Shown: positions 1-16,329 of the stretch, one piece after another
Numbering within the stretch: the first letter of the stretch is position 1
Layout: every line of letters begins with the position of its first letter
From: Eledone cirrhosa
Taxonomy: Eukaryota
Assembly (NCBI GenBank): GCA_964016885.1
Contig: OZ024742.1
Span: 109,430,001-109,494,000, forward strand
Direction of reading: 5' to 3'
DNA: 64,000 bases
The notes under the pieces: model-generated
Seen by the model: the letters and a program-made list of their open reading frames with translations, nothing else
The model's database searches: none
Told to the model about the DNA's origin: nothing
Position numbers and translations under genes: made by a program

Positions 1-91
<91 letters not shown>
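1..91. repeat. (AC)n(AT)n compound microsatellite
   Basis: Direct reading. Confidence 0.98.
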
Positions 92-94
<3 letters not shown>

Positions 95-224
95 ATTGTA
101 ACGTCGTCACTGTTGGTTCACTAAAGTGAACATTCGATGTGTAGGATAGTCTGGAGCTTCCAACAGTAATGGTTGCATTTTTTAAGGGTATGTCAATATT
201 TATTTATAAAACTGATCTATATTA

Positions 225-289
225 TATTTTATCTGATGAAAGCACACCATAATTTAACTTGGTGTCCTTGAAATATGTATAATGAAATA
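225..289 (+). ncRNA. Minimal type I hammerhead ribozyme-like motif (same family as 6200-6264)
   Basis: TATTTTAT-CTGATGA-aag/cACACCA..TGGTGTc/ctt-GAAA-TATGTA-TA-ATGAAATA; stem I pairs with one G-U; stem III near-palindromic. Confidence 0.65.
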
Positions 290-417
290 AATATGGTTTT
301 ATAAATATAGTTTCCATTTGTTAATATCGTATTTTTACTCCAAATGTTTGTTGAGTGCTTTATATCAGTTATAAAAATATTTGCTTGTTGTATCCCAACA
401 ATTTAAATAGAACTTTT

Positions 418-465
<48 letters not shown>

Positions 466-520
466 GTATATATACATATAGTTAGTTTTCTGTTTATCTA
501 TCTATCAATCTATATATATA

Positions 521-712
521 TAACGGAGGAAATGTGGTAAGAAACCAGGTGGACCATAACGCACCAAAGTACTCAATACTTAGGGTAGTAGAGTGGGTAA
601 TAGGAACGAGTAGCACCCCGACGGCTGAGCTCAAGCCGTTTCGACGGCTAATTCTGGACTCAGAATTACCCGTCGAAACGGCTTGAGCTCAGCCGTCGGG
701 GTCCTACTCGTT

Positions 713-717
<5 letters not shown>
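521..717 (+). mobile_element. Fold-back repeat element, family B (probable PLE pseudo-LTR remnant), between (TA)n tracts
   Basis: Hairpin at ~600-717; homologous to 32378-32705 and to the reverse complement of 61401-61590. Confidence 0.75.
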
Positions 718-3759
<3,042 letters not shown>

Positions 3760-3773
3760 ATATATACATATAG

Positions 3774-4970
3774 TTATTTTTCTACTTCCAATTCCTTTGG
3801 AAGAGGCGGGCTCCTTTGGTGAGAAGATCCATCTGCTTCCAACGCCCTTCCAACGGAGGGCTGGGGTTGCCGTGGCTGACGATCCGCAAACACGCGCTCA
3901 GGCTGTGGCATCTCTACGTATTCCTCACCGGACAACCGGTGTGGGCCCCGTTCATGAGGCGAGCCTTCCCACGACTCGTCTCGCTGACCGAGCTGCAGTC
4001 CTGGGTCAAGCAAAGACCGTGGAAAATGGGCGACTGGCACATCGAATGTGCTCAGGCGCTCACAGCCCTCTGGTAGGCGGACCCGGTGATCAGTGGAGAC
4101 TCTACTTCGTCATTCTATAGAGGGTTGATCCGCAGCAAGGCGACGACGTGCTCGGTGAAACTCTGGGCGTAGAGGAAGAGGAACTAGCCAGTCTATTCGG
4201 TAGGACCGATTGACAACTTCCAAAAGTCCCGGGCCTGGCAGTGCTACCGAGGAGCTCTACCAGTTCGAGACAAGCTCTACAGACATAGGCGCCCGAGCAG
4301 GGACCCTGCAAAAAAGATCTGTCCGATGTGCGTGCGAGACGAAGAAACCGTCGCGCATGCATTCATACACTGCCCGGGCGTCACCGACCTGTGGGGCTAT
4401 GTAGAACGACTATTGTCGCGGGTGGGACCAATCCGGTTGACGACCGAGTCCATTGTCATGATCAAACCGCCACCTTCCTTCAAAAACGAAGGAGAGACGG
4501 TTTTCCTTTGTGTGATAGCTATGGCGAAAGAAGTTGTATGGTGGACAAGGTTGAAAGGGCTGAGGTCAGACACCTTTCTCTCCGGCCAACAACTGATTCT
4601 TTTTTTCAAATACCACTTTGGAAGAAGAATCAGGATGGAGAGAGAGGTGCTGTACCCCAGCAAGTTTTATGAAAGGTGGGTGAAAGTGGCGAGAATGGCC
4701 CCAAGTGAATGGGCCTTCTCTCTATATCAGCCTGTAGGTTGAGGAAAAAGAGGAGGAGAGGAAAGGAGTACAAACTCTTCGTACTCCTGGAGATGAGGGT
4801 TGCACATTTTTTCGGGGGTATGTGTTACCCATATGAAATGTCTCCCCCTATTGGGGAAAATCGACTAATTTTTAAATTACATTTGTGATATTTTACACGT
4901 TTTTATTGTATGTAAACTTCCCCCTTTGTATTTATCCCCTTCTTTTGTGCCCCTGTGGCTAATAAAGAAA
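3774..4970 (+). mobile_element. 5'-truncated, frameshifted Tx1/L1-clade LINE 3' end
   Basis: Peptides align by eye to the 42849-44264 ORF (ICxQxPxxGGLG, zf-RVT-like CPxC..DEETVAHAFIHCP); ends in GGCTAATAAAGAAA. Confidence 0.85.
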
Positions 4971-5121
4971 CATATCTATCTATCAATCTATATATTTATA
5001 TATTTGTCTGTCTATCTATATTTATTTATCTACATCTGTATCTTTCTACCTACCTTCCTGTCTTTTGTTATTTAATCATTGCTCTTTGCAAAAATGTTTC
5101 CATTCTGTCACACACACACAC

Positions 5122-5170
<49 letters not shown>

Positions 5171-5295
5171 CAGGCGCATACGCATCTAACACACGTGCAT
5201 ACACAAGCACACATGAAGACACACACATAAACATACACATATACGCATTCAAAAAAAAATTAGAGAAATGTGAAATAGCTAGCGTTGACCAAGAT

Positions 5296-5785
5296 ATCAA
5301 CAACAACAACAATTACTACTACTGCTATAATTGTAAGAATAGCAGCAACAACAACAACATCAACAGCAACAACACCAACATCAACACCAGCAAATAGAAC
5401 GATATTGGAAACTACACAAATGACGACAGCAACAATAACAATAACAACAGTAACAACAACAACAGCAACAACAACAGCATCAACACCAACAAAAAGAACG
5501 ATATTGGAAACACAGTAATAACGACAGCAACAATAACAATAACAACAACAGCAGCAATAACAACCATAACAAAAGAGACAACAATAACCTCTACCACAAC
5601 GACTGCAGCAACGACAACAGCAACAACCGTAATAACAACAACAACACTAGGTGTAGCAACGACTGTAGCGGCAAAAACAACAGCGAAGACATCATCATCA
5701 TCATCAACAACAACAAGAGCAACAGAAGAAGAAGAAAAACAACAACAACAAAAACAACAACAACAGCAGCAACTAAAACAACTTC
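5296..5785. repeat. Degenerate (CAA)n-rich low-complexity tract
   Basis: Direct reading. Confidence 0.9.
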
Positions 5786-5794
5786 CAAAAAGAG

Positions 5795-5864
5795 TGACGT
5801 CACCCGGCAAAAGACCGGACAGGGAACCGTTGTCGTAGCAGCAGTGACGTCAGCAATGACGTCA
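5795..5864. promoter_or_regulatory. Cluster of three perfect CRE palindromes (TGACGTCA)
   Basis: TGACGTCA at 5795, 5845 and 5857; function not shown. Confidence 0.35.
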
Positions 5865-5959
5865 TGTATCAGCTGTATTGATGTTATAGAAGCTGCCACC
5901 ATCTTCACTCTATTCTAACACAAACTCACAGATGCACACACACATACACATTCACATGC

Positions 5960-6098
5960 TTACATATACACACATACATACATACATACATACATACATA
6001 CATACATACATACATACATACATACATACATACATTCATACATACATACATATATACATACATACATACATACATACATACATACATACATACATACA

Positions 6099-6128
<30 letters not shown>
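5960..6128. repeat. (TACA)n microsatellite
   Basis: Direct reading. Confidence 0.97.
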
Positions 6129-6129
<1 letters not shown>

Positions 6130-6199
6130 TGCATAAATATATATATATACATATACAATGATATTAAATAAATGGAAACTATATTTATAAAACCATATT

Positions 6200-6264
6200 T
6201 ATTTTATTATATATATTTCAAGGGCAACCAAGACAGCATTGGTACACTTTCATCAGATAAAATA
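6200..6264 (-). ncRNA. Minimal hammerhead ribozyme-like motif
   Basis: Reverse strand TATTTTAT-CTGATGA-aag..accaa..ttggt..ctt-GAAA-TATATA-TA-ATAAAATA; perfect 8-bp stem I; palindromic stem III. Confidence 0.75.
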
Positions 6265-6387
6265 CAAAATTTGTTTTATAAATAGAGACGTACCCATGAA
6301 AATCATACCTTAACGGTTGGAAATTCACTGGATAGTGGAAATATATTAGGGATTATTCAAACTTATGTGTGAATATGCAAATGAATA

Positions 6388-7617
6388 TCGCATCATATCT
6401 CTCTGACAACATCTACGAATCTCGAAGCGTAAGAGCCCGTTTCTCGAGCAAGTCTATCTGCATGAAACAGATAAGATCATGAGAGTTGGGAAGGAACTCC
6501 TTGAGAGATATTCCCTGTGTGATAATCAAAAACTCACACCCAGGGATGTCGCTCAGCAGTATCGCAGTGAATCCATGGATGAAAAACTGCATGCCTATCA
6601 GCAAAAAAATCATGCATGGGTATGTTGCCAGGGAGCTCCAGAGTGAGAGTAATATAGATAAGAAAAGTAGTCTTTCTTGAACCAACAGCCGCTATATTGG
6701 CTCCCACTTTGAAGGATACGCTTTTGCAATCCAGGAATAGAAAATCAACACGAAATACCTGATTCACAAAAGAGATAGGGATGCAGGCAAAACACCTAGA
6801 TGTGATAACAAGTGCAGACTCTGCAGAACTAACATCGAGGATATCACCCATGTCATCAGCAGCTGCCCAAAGATGTCATCGCGGTACTATCTACCTATGG
6901 GGCATCATGTAGTGGCCAAAACACTGTACAATGCAGTTCGTAAAAAAGATAATAAAAACATTAAAAGCTACAACAAATGTGGAAGACATCCATGTACATA
7001 ATATGAAAGAGTACTGGTGGAATGTTCCAGTAAAAACCTCAATAAAATGCAGGCATAATATTATGATATGGGACAGGGAGAAGAAAACATGCACAGTAGT
7101 GGAAATTAGCTGCTCAGCAGATGCCAATATAATATCAAAGATTAGTGAATAGGAGAATATTTATGCAGAACTGATGAGAAATCTGCAGATACTCCACCCT
7201 GATTACACTTTCAGATTTATGCCTGTGATTATTGGGGCACTGGGATATGCTAGTAACTGCGTCAATACAAATCTTGACAAGCTAGGCTTCACAGGAACAG
7301 AAAGAACACAACTAGTTAGGAAACTACAAGTACAATCCATTAATGGAACAGTAAAAATATGTAAAACATTCCAAAAATTTTGCATCTAATAACTGCATAT
7401 ACACATGTACAGATACAAAGCATATACACATGCACACATACAACTCAAAACATACACATCCACACATACAATAACATCCATATCTACACATGCATGCATA
7501 CATACATATCTATCTAGTTGATGTTGTGTAAATTCCAATGAGAGAGTCTTGTGTCTATGTTAGAAACCAACTCTCTCTCTATTGGTAAAACTTTGTGAAA
7601 TTATAAAACCAGAAGAA
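6388..7617 (+). mobile_element. 5'-truncated copy of the R4/Dong-like retrotransposon
   Basis: Near-identical to 11327-12565; ends in CCAGAAGAA followed by (CATA)n. Confidence 0.92.
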
Positions 7618-7700
7618 CATACATACATACATACATACATACATACATACATACATACATACATACATACATACATACATACATACATACATACATACAT

Positions 7701-8309
7701 GGTGGCTGCCAACTCGTTTTCGAGTGCGGCCACTACTTTATATCCATGTAGGAGAACCCCTACCGATGCACTGAACGAGTGTGACTTTTTAGTCCAGCCA
7801 GCGACTTGAAAACTCTGGTACAAACACTACACTTGTGACAATTATTGACACATAGTGCTTTGCCTTTGGTACCATGTGACGACAAGTGCAGAGAGATCTC
7901 CAGATATAAAGCAATGCCTGTGCCGTGAAGCTTTTATAGTGAGCAAAGGCACTGCACAAAGCCAGTCCCACTCTCTTAACCAAGATGATATTTACCAAAA
8001 AGAAGAACAGGTCAACATCATTGGATACCATCAGGGTTGCAGGTGTTATATCAGAGTTTTCCTTCTCCTAGAATTCTGCCTTGACAAAGGCTAAGGGGTC
8101 ATCTCTCCCGGTGATTTTGAATGGCCATTGACTCTTAAGAGCTCCTTTGCCCTTTGACAGGGTTTGTTTTTAGTCCTGCAGGATGTCCAAAGTCACCCTC
8201 CTCACCAAGAAACCTTGGTGGGGGTTGCCAGTTTAGTCGCCAACGACCCGACCATGAGACAGGTTGTTCTGGGATACATGTTACCAGTAGCACCAACTGG
8301 TGACCTGAC
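7701..8309 (-). mobile_element. Short bipartite RTE-derived non-autonomous element, family 1
   Basis: Reverse strand has a 5' module, an RTE-type UTR motif (TCTAGGAGAAGGAAAACTCTG), a C2H2 peptide CSVCTRVFKSLAGLKSHTRSVH* and a (TATG)n tail; homologous to 31675-32232. Confidence 0.75.
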
Positions 8310-8478
8310 ATACATACATACATACATACACATATATATATATTAGATAGAAAGAAAGTAGGAGTTATATACATACATACATACATACATACATACATAC
8401 ATACATACATACATACATACATACATACATACATACATACATACATACATACATACATAATAGATAGATAGATAGATA

Positions 8479-11400
8479 GTCAACGCGATCAGTCGCATAT
8501 TTTGGCGTGGGAGACTATTTATTAAATTTAAGATGAATACTATATCCGACAGTAATGCCACAACTACAGCCAGGTTGAATAACTGGTTATTCTCCTAACT
8601 ATCCCTTCTGAAGACACCTTTTATTCGAATTCGTAGAGATATCCGACTAAATACATAATTCATTTTACAAGGATTTGCTACAAACAGCATGGCTGAACAC
8701 AACATCAACAAGAAAATTAAGGAAGTATCGAAGACAAATAACAAAGAAGGTAATCAAACTTTATTCAGTTGTAGCTACAGAAGAAACCGAAATTATAAAT
8801 CGCATTTCTCTTGGAGTTACGAACTTAATAGTGATTTATTTAATTGTTATAAAATGGCAAAAAACAATCCCTCCATTGGCTATATGAATAGAATGAAGCT
8901 ACACTGGGACGAAATGTACCCAGAGCTAAATTATTTCACAGCGAAACAATTACGCCAACAAGCGACGTTTGTTGAACGTAAAAATAAGATAAATATTATT
9001 AATTGTAAGTCCCCCACAACAAACATGGAATCAACAACACGTGCTACAGATCGCCCTGCTACTAGACTTCCTAGCAGCCAGGTCGAACAGCGCCTTGAAA
9101 CAACTATGCCTGTAAGAAACTTGAACCACCTGTACCATCTAAGTCTACCTCGAATGCTGGGTAAAACACTATCGATAATAATCGAATAAATGTGACACCA
9201 CGTATACCATCCGAGTCTACCTCGACTGTTGTGGAAAATACTATCGATAATGATAATCAAAAGTATAAACAATTGAAAATTTCCCTCAACGAAATCTTCC
9301 AGAGAGAAATTAACTCATGTATAAATATCTCTCTGGCTGAACGTGTTAAAATGACAATGGTGAATAAAAAACCAAATAATGAAATACTACGCGTTATTGA
9401 CGAAATAGGGGATGAATATTTACGACGGATAAAAACCCCAACACTTTAGCAAATCAACGCCTGTTTATATGCCTTAGCAATGACAGTGAAGCATTATCTT
9501 GGTGATAGCAGAGATATTAACAAGAACAAAACACCACCAAAAATACCATCATATATAACTAAAGTAGAAAAAAAGAGTGCTGACCTACGAAAAAACATAG
9601 GACATGTGACAATGCTCCTTACATGCAAACAAACACAAAAACACCTCACTCCTCACCAACAAAGAGTGAACAATAAAATAGAGACGATGTTTGGTAACAG
9701 TAGAACCAGAACTCTTCAATATAAACTGATCACCCTCAAACAAGAATTTAGAGCTGATAGCGAAAAACGCCGATACCTGAAGAAGGTAGATGAGAGAAAA
9801 ATGCTTAATAAAAGATTCAGACGAAACCAAACATCAGTCTATAGAGATATGAAGGGCAAAATAATAAGTGTCACTGAGGCCCCATCCCAGAAAGACATAG
9901 ATTCCATTTGCAGAAAAATATGGGGTGAACAGAATTTCAACCAAGATGCAGTGTGGCTAAGAGAAATTCGAAAGAACTATTGCTCCTACACTACAACAAA
10001 AACATACGAAATAAGTGAGGGTACCCTTGTGACTGTGATAGGAAAACTCCAAGATAAGAAAACACCAGGAAGAGACATGATTGTCGGCTACTGGTACAAA
10101 AAACTAATATTCTATCGGAGGTATCTTACTGACCTCTACCAACAAGTTCTTAAGGGAGATACACTTATACCAGAATGGTTGACATTAACACAAACGTTAC
10201 TGGTCCCCAAGAACACAGACACCCACTTGGCAAAAAACTACCGACCCATTGCATGCCAGAACCTGATGTATAAGATGTATACAGCCTGCCTGAACCTATT
10301 CCTCCAAGATCACTGTGAAAATAATAACATCATCACAGATGAACAAGCAGCTGGAAAGAAAAGGGTTTGGGGATGTGCTGAACAACTCCTAATCAACAAA
10401 ACTGCGATGTCGGAGGTGCGACTACTTAGGAGGAATATGACTACAGTCTGGCTGGACTACAAGAAAGCTTTCGATTCTGTTCCCCACTCTTGGATGATAG
10501 AGTCTCTCCAACTTGCTAAAGCCCCAGATATTATTGTCAGAGCCATAGAGAGGCTGTCTTCTTCTTGGGCTACTATCCTAAGGTTAAAGACAGAGAGGGA
10601 GGACTCTATTTTCACTGATAAAATAAAATATTGCAGGGGTATATTTCAGGGGGACAGTCTCTCTGTGATATTATTCATCTTGTCATTAAACCCCTTGTCC
10701 TTTTTGCTCAAGAAATGTGAGGGATACATCATTGGCTCACAGGAGGACAGAAATACGAACCTAACCCATAACTTCTTTGTGGACGATCTGAAACTCTATG
10801 CCAAGAACATGGATAGGATGAAGAAAAATTATGACCTGGTTACAACGTTCTCAAAGGATATAGGAATGGAGTTTGGCCAAGATAAATGCTCATACATGAC
10901 TGTAAAGCGGGGAAAAACAACAACCCAATCTAGCAACATTGTCATCAATGGTCTAACTGTTTCACCGATATCTGATGAGGACTGCTACAGATACCTGGGG
11001 ATAGATGAGAACATATCCTATAATGGTATCTGTAATAAAGAACGCGTAACCAGGGAATACTACACCCGATTAAGAAAGATCTGGTCATCGGAACTCTCTG
11101 CGCAAAACAAAACAGTGGCTCACAATGTGTTTGCTGTGCCTGTCCTAACACCAACGTTTGGAATACTCAATTGGACAATAGACGAAATCCGAGCAGTTGA
11201 TGTTGGAACTCGAAAAATACTGAACAACCCCGGAAACTTCCACATCAACAGTGACATAGACCGCCTTTACTTGAAAAGTAAGCAGGGAGGCAGAGGCCTA
11301 ACATCAGTCCAGACAACATTTGGATGTCGCATCATATCTCTCCGACAACATCTACGAACCTCGAAGCGTAGGAGCCCGCTTCTCGAGCAAGTCTATCTGC

Positions 11401-12565
11401 ATGAAACAGATAAGATCATGAGAGTTGGGAAGGAACTCCTTGAGAGATATTCCCTGTGTGATAATCAAAAACTCACACCCAGGGATGTCGCTCAGCAGTA
11501 TCGCAGTGAATCAATGGATGAAAAACTGCATGCCTATCAGCAAAAAAATCATGCATGGATATGTTGCCAGGAAGCTCCAGAGTGAGGGTAATATAGATAA
11601 GGAAAGTAGTCTATCTTGGACCAACAGCCGCTATATTGGCTCCCACTTTGAAGGATACGCTTTTGCAATCCAAGAATAGAAAATCAACACGAAATACCTG
11701 ATTCACAAAAGAGATAGGGATGCAGGCAAAACACCTAGATGTGATAACAAGTGCAGACTCTGCAGAACTAACATCGAGGATATCACCCATGTCATCAGCA
11801 GCTGCCCAAAGATGTCATCGCGGTACTATCTACCTATGAGGCATGATGTAGTGGCCAAAACACTGTACAATGCATTTCGTAAAATAGATAGCCCTGATAA
11901 TAAACACATTAAAAGCTACAACAATGTGGAAGACATCCATGTACATAATATGAAAGAGTACTGGTGGAATGTTCCAGTAAAAACCCCAATAAAATGCAGG
12001 CATAACAGACCAGATATTATGTTATGGGACAGGGAGAAGAAAACATGCACAGTAGTGGAAATTAGCTGCCCAGCAGATGCCAATATAATATCAAAGATTA
12101 GTGAAAAGGAGAATATTTATGCAGAACTGATGAGAAATCTGCAGATACTCCACCCTGATTACACCTTCAGATTTATGCCTGTGATTATTGGGGCACTGGG
12201 ATATGTTAGTAACTGCCTCAATACAAATCTTGACAAGCTAGGCTTCACAGGAACAGAAAGAACACAACTAGTTAGGAAACTACAAGTACAATCCATTAAT
12301 GGAACAGTAAAAATATGTAAAACATTCCAAAAATTTTGCATCTAATAACTGCATATACACATGTACAGCTACAAAGCATATACACATGCACACATACAAC
12401 TCAAAACATACACATCCACACATACAATAACATCCATATCTACACATGCATACATATCTACCTAGTTGATGTTGTGTAAATTCCAATGAGAGAGTCTTGT
12501 GTCTATGTTAGAAACCGACTCTCTCTCTATTGGTAAAACTTTGTGAAATTATAAAACCAGAAGAA
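8479..12565 (+). mobile_element. Near full-length R4/Dong-like (RLE-type) non-LTR retrotransposon inserted in (TACA)n
   Basis: Single disrupted ORF with N-terminal W..E.N..L..CY...GYMNRMKLHW..MYP motif, RT, CCHC knuckle CRLC..EDITHVISSC and RLE motifs RHD..RPDI..E..K..Y; (CATA)n on both sides. Confidence 0.9.
8689..12345 (+). pseudogene. Disrupted RT-RLE polyprotein of the R4/Dong-like element
   Basis: Segments 8689-9189, 9192-9449, 9480-11585 (KTPGRD, NYRPIAC, WLDYKKAFDSVPH, GIFQGDSLS, FFVDDLKLY, YRYLG, GGRGL) and 11540-12345; frameshifts and stops near 9120-9190, 9447, 11545 and 11677. Confidence 0.9.
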
Positions 12566-12657
12566 CATACATACATACATACATACATACATACATACAT
12601 ACATACATACATACATACATACATACATACATACATACATACATACATACATACATG

Positions 12658-12992
12658 CATGATGATGACTGCCCCCTCGTTATCGAGTATGGCCATTGCA
12701 AGGTATAACATTAATAATAATTATTAATTAATGCTATCGTGCAATGCCTGTGCGTGAAGATTCTTTTTTAAAGTGAGGAAAGACTGTGCACTGAGCCAAC
12801 CCCACTTTCTGAGCGACAGTAGTTATATCCCGAAAAGGATAACTACTGAACCGCTTGTTTTATATCGGAGTTATCCCATTTTCCTGAGTTGCCTTCTCCT
12901 AGAAAAATGCCTTGACAAAGGCTAGGGGTCCTTCACTCCCAGTGGTTTAACCGCGCGATCGGTATCCAGCCCGATTATTTCTATGTCCCCGC
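12658..12992 (-). mobile_element. Short RTE-derived element, family 2
   Basis: Shares the CCTTCTCCTAG..TGCCTTGACAAAGGCTA motif with family 1; reverse-strand 3' end CTCGATAACGAGGGGGCAGTCATCATCAT runs into (TATG)n. Confidence 0.55.
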
Positions 12993-13046
12993 GCATATAC
13001 ATACATATGCATACATACGAATATACACATGTACATACATACATAA

Positions 13047-13309
13047 TTCCAAAAATTCTACATCTAATAACTGCATATACACTTGTACAAATACAAAGTA
13101 TATACACATGCACACATACAACTCAAAACATACACATCCACACATACAATAACATCCATACCTGCACATACTTGCATGCATTTAGACATGCAGACATATC
13201 TACCTAATTGATATTGTGTAAATTCCAATGAGAGAGTATTGTATCTATGTTAGAAACCGGCTCTCTCTCTCTATTGGTAAAAATTTGTGAAATCATAAAA
13301 CCAGAAGAA
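13047..13309 (+). mobile_element. 3' end fragment of the R4/Dong-like element
   Basis: Homologous to 12325-12565; followed by (CATA)n. Confidence 0.9.
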
Positions 13310-13391
13310 CATACATACATACATACATACATACATACATACATACATACATACATACATACATACATACATACATACATACATACATACA

Positions 13392-13578
13392 TGGCCATTG
13401 ACTCTTAAGAGCTCCTTTGCCCTTTGACAGGTTTTGTTTTTAGTCCTGCAGGATGTCCAAAGTCACCCTCCTCACCAAGAAACCTTGGTGGGGTTGCCAG
13501 TTTAGTCGCCAACGACCCGACCATGGGACAGGTTGTACTGGGATACATGTTACCAGTAGCATCAACTGGTGACCTGAC
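13392..13578 (-). mobile_element. 5' module only of RTE-derived family 1
   Basis: Near-identical to 8121-8309. Confidence 0.8.
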
Positions 13579-13845
13579 ATATTGGGTGTATATATAGGTG
13601 TGTATATATAGGTGTGTATGTATATATGTGTGTATATATATAGGTGTGTGTATATGTGTGTGTATATAGGTGTGTGTATATATGTGTGTATATATGTGTG
13701 TATATAGGTGTGTATATATGTGTGTGTATATATAGGTGTGTATATAGGTGTGTATATATGTGTGTATATGTGTGTGCATATAGGTGTGTGTACATACATA
13801 CATACATACATACATACATACATACATACATACATACATACATAC

Positions 13846-14465
13846 AGGATGTCTGCAACTCGATTTCGAATAATGCTCAGCTTGATACTTTTGCATGAGC
13901 AGCACGGACGTGGCATTTGAGTCTTGCTAGGGATATGCACATTGTGCACAGATGTTGCAACGATGGGGGCCTCTCGCAATAGGTGGTATGGGGCTGTTTT
14001 TTGTGCACTTTCAAATAACATTTCCGTCCAGCAACTGAGACACACTCTTTTTCATATCCCCTTAAATGGGAATGCCCTATAATGAACAGTTGACAGTGTC
14101 TCCGTGTACGTGGCTTCCCCAACGTCTTCCAAGGCCCGCCCTACTTAAACATAGCCAGGCACATTCTTTACCGGTTGAATCAAACTGCATGCCAAAATAC
14201 TCGGGCAAACCAAACTCAAGGCCAATCCGAGCACACAGTTTGAGCTGTTCATGCTCTTTCAAATTCTCCCCTCCCTTCATGCACTGCCTTTATCCTGGAA
14301 AGTCGATCTAGAGCGAGGTTCTCTCAATCATTCTCCAATATTTTCATCTTCTCCAATGTGCATTCAATGCAATCCCTGCACCTTAACTTTAGTTTGTGCA
14401 CCGGTCGTTTACCTCCGACCAGCTCACCATACAGGAACTGACTGGGATGCGATGATCATCCATTA
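13846..14465 (-). mobile_element. RTE-like 3' remnant, family 3
   Basis: Reverse strand has degenerate C2H2-like peptides (..GRKC..LKVH; LCTMC..ARLKCHVRAAH) and ends GAAATCGAGTTGCAGACATCCTG-(TATG)n, like family 1. Confidence 0.55.
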
Positions 14466-14619
14466 TAACTATATTCGATGCTGAAATACGAAAGACTCTA
14501 TACTGATAGACCGACTCTGTTCGAGGACTTCAGTGTCACCCACGTATTTTAAATATATATATATATATAATAAGAAAACACAAGGCCACAACAGTATAAA
14601 TAAGTTCTTGCCACTCTTT

Positions 14620-14662
14620 GCTGGCAGAAGAAACGATCACGCTGAAACTTCGAAGTCACGAA
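14620..14662 (+). ncRNA. Variant hammerhead-like motif (CAGAAGA core)
   Basis: CAGAAGA-aacg atca cgct-GAAA-CTTCGAAG-TC; palindromic stem III with GUC triplet, but stem I is weak. Confidence 0.35.
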
Positions 14663-14777
14663 CATTATTCTCTCCAGGAAATGAAATATACGCTCTGTAT
14701 TCTCGTAGTTAGCGCACATTTAGTTACTGTTTGGCGATTTTATGTACAATTGTATTATAAACACCAATTCTTATATA

Positions 14778-14810
14778 TGTGTGTGTGTGTGTGTGTCTGT
14801 GTGTGTGTGT

Positions 14811-14887
<77 letters not shown>

Positions 14888-14896
14888 CGCGCGCGC

Positions 14897-14989
<93 letters not shown>

Positions 14990-15012
14990 TGCGTGCGTGT
15001 GCGTGTGTGTGT
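14778..15012. repeat. (GT)n/(GC)n microsatellite
   Basis: Direct reading. Confidence 0.97.
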
Positions 15013-15876
15013 AATATTACGTATACATCGAAGCTGTAGCTGCAATAGGGCAGGCACCAGTCGAATTATATGAGGCAGTCCCAAAGCAGTCAATGATGCG
15101 AGAAATTAATAAAATGATATAAGGGAGACTCAATGAATAACATATCGATCAGATGTATTTAACCATAGTACATAACAACGACCAACACCAACAGGTAAAA
15201 TAATTACTCACCTGGACCGATTAAGTTTTCTAATATATATATATATATTCTGGTAAAGTTTATGTACATTTTTCTTCTAACTTCGATTGTGTACCTAATT
15301 ACGTGTAGTTAACTATATGTCTAGTCAGTTTCTACAGGCTAGAAGGAATATTAGGTAAATATCGTATGGCTGTACATCGCGGAAAAGAAGCTATATCATT
15401 TGCCTATTATTTCTTCATAAGTATATTTTAAACTCATAGCCTCATTTAAATGATTTTTTGTGTGGTTGATTTATACTGATTGGGAGAGGAAATACTGTAT
15501 ATATTTTATCTATTGATTTACATTTATATATAGAGTAAAAATGGAAAACAAAACGTAGAAAATGCTAAAGGGATTTTTTCTCAGAATAACATCAAAACAT
15601 TTATTTACAAAATCGTGATTTCCGCATTTAATTGTACCGATCATATGCTTTTTCAATGACGGAATGCAATTAAATTGCATATTAATAAGAATAATAAGAA
15701 TATGGAGAAAAAAAAATTAGTTTTTACATACATACATTTTACATATATTTAGGGAGAAAAGTTCACATTTTTATCCAGTTTCCTTTCTTTCTCTCTTAGT
15801 GTTGACCTAAGCTTTACCAACAGTGGTGGTAGCAGTTTAAGCTGTTGGCTTCGACTGTAGTGGTAGCAGTGGGGGA

Positions 15877-16023
15877 GAAGAAGAAGAAGAAGAAGAAGAA
15901 GAAGAAGAAGAAGAAGAAGAAGAAGAAGAAGAAGAAGAAGAAGAAGAAGAAGAAGAAGAAGAAGAAGAAGAAGAAGAAGAAGAAGAAGAAGAAGAAGAAG
16001 AAGAAGAAGAAGAAGAAGAAGAA
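15877..16023. repeat. Long perfect (GAA)n tract
   Basis: Direct reading. Confidence 0.98.
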
Positions 16024-16329
16024 ATATAAAGGATCATGTGCTCAAGTGCATAGATGCTATAAAATAGGGTCTTCACCCTATTCTATAAGCTAATTTATAG
16101 CATCTATGAGCTTGAGTACATATATAAAGTGTTAGAAGTTGCAAGAAGCTAATTCTGAAATATACTGACGATTAAACTCAATAAATATACCACCAGTAAC
16201 TGAAGTGATGAAAAATAAGGCTTAGTGATAAAAAACATCCTTTCAGTATAATTTCTAATGATTTGTAAATTGTGTTATAGAAATAGGGTGTGTATAGATA
16301 GTGTATGTGGGACCTCCATCGATTCCGAT

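Noticed and set aside
15845-16093. Poly-Lys/poly-Ser ORFs
   Set aside because: (GAA)n microsatellite
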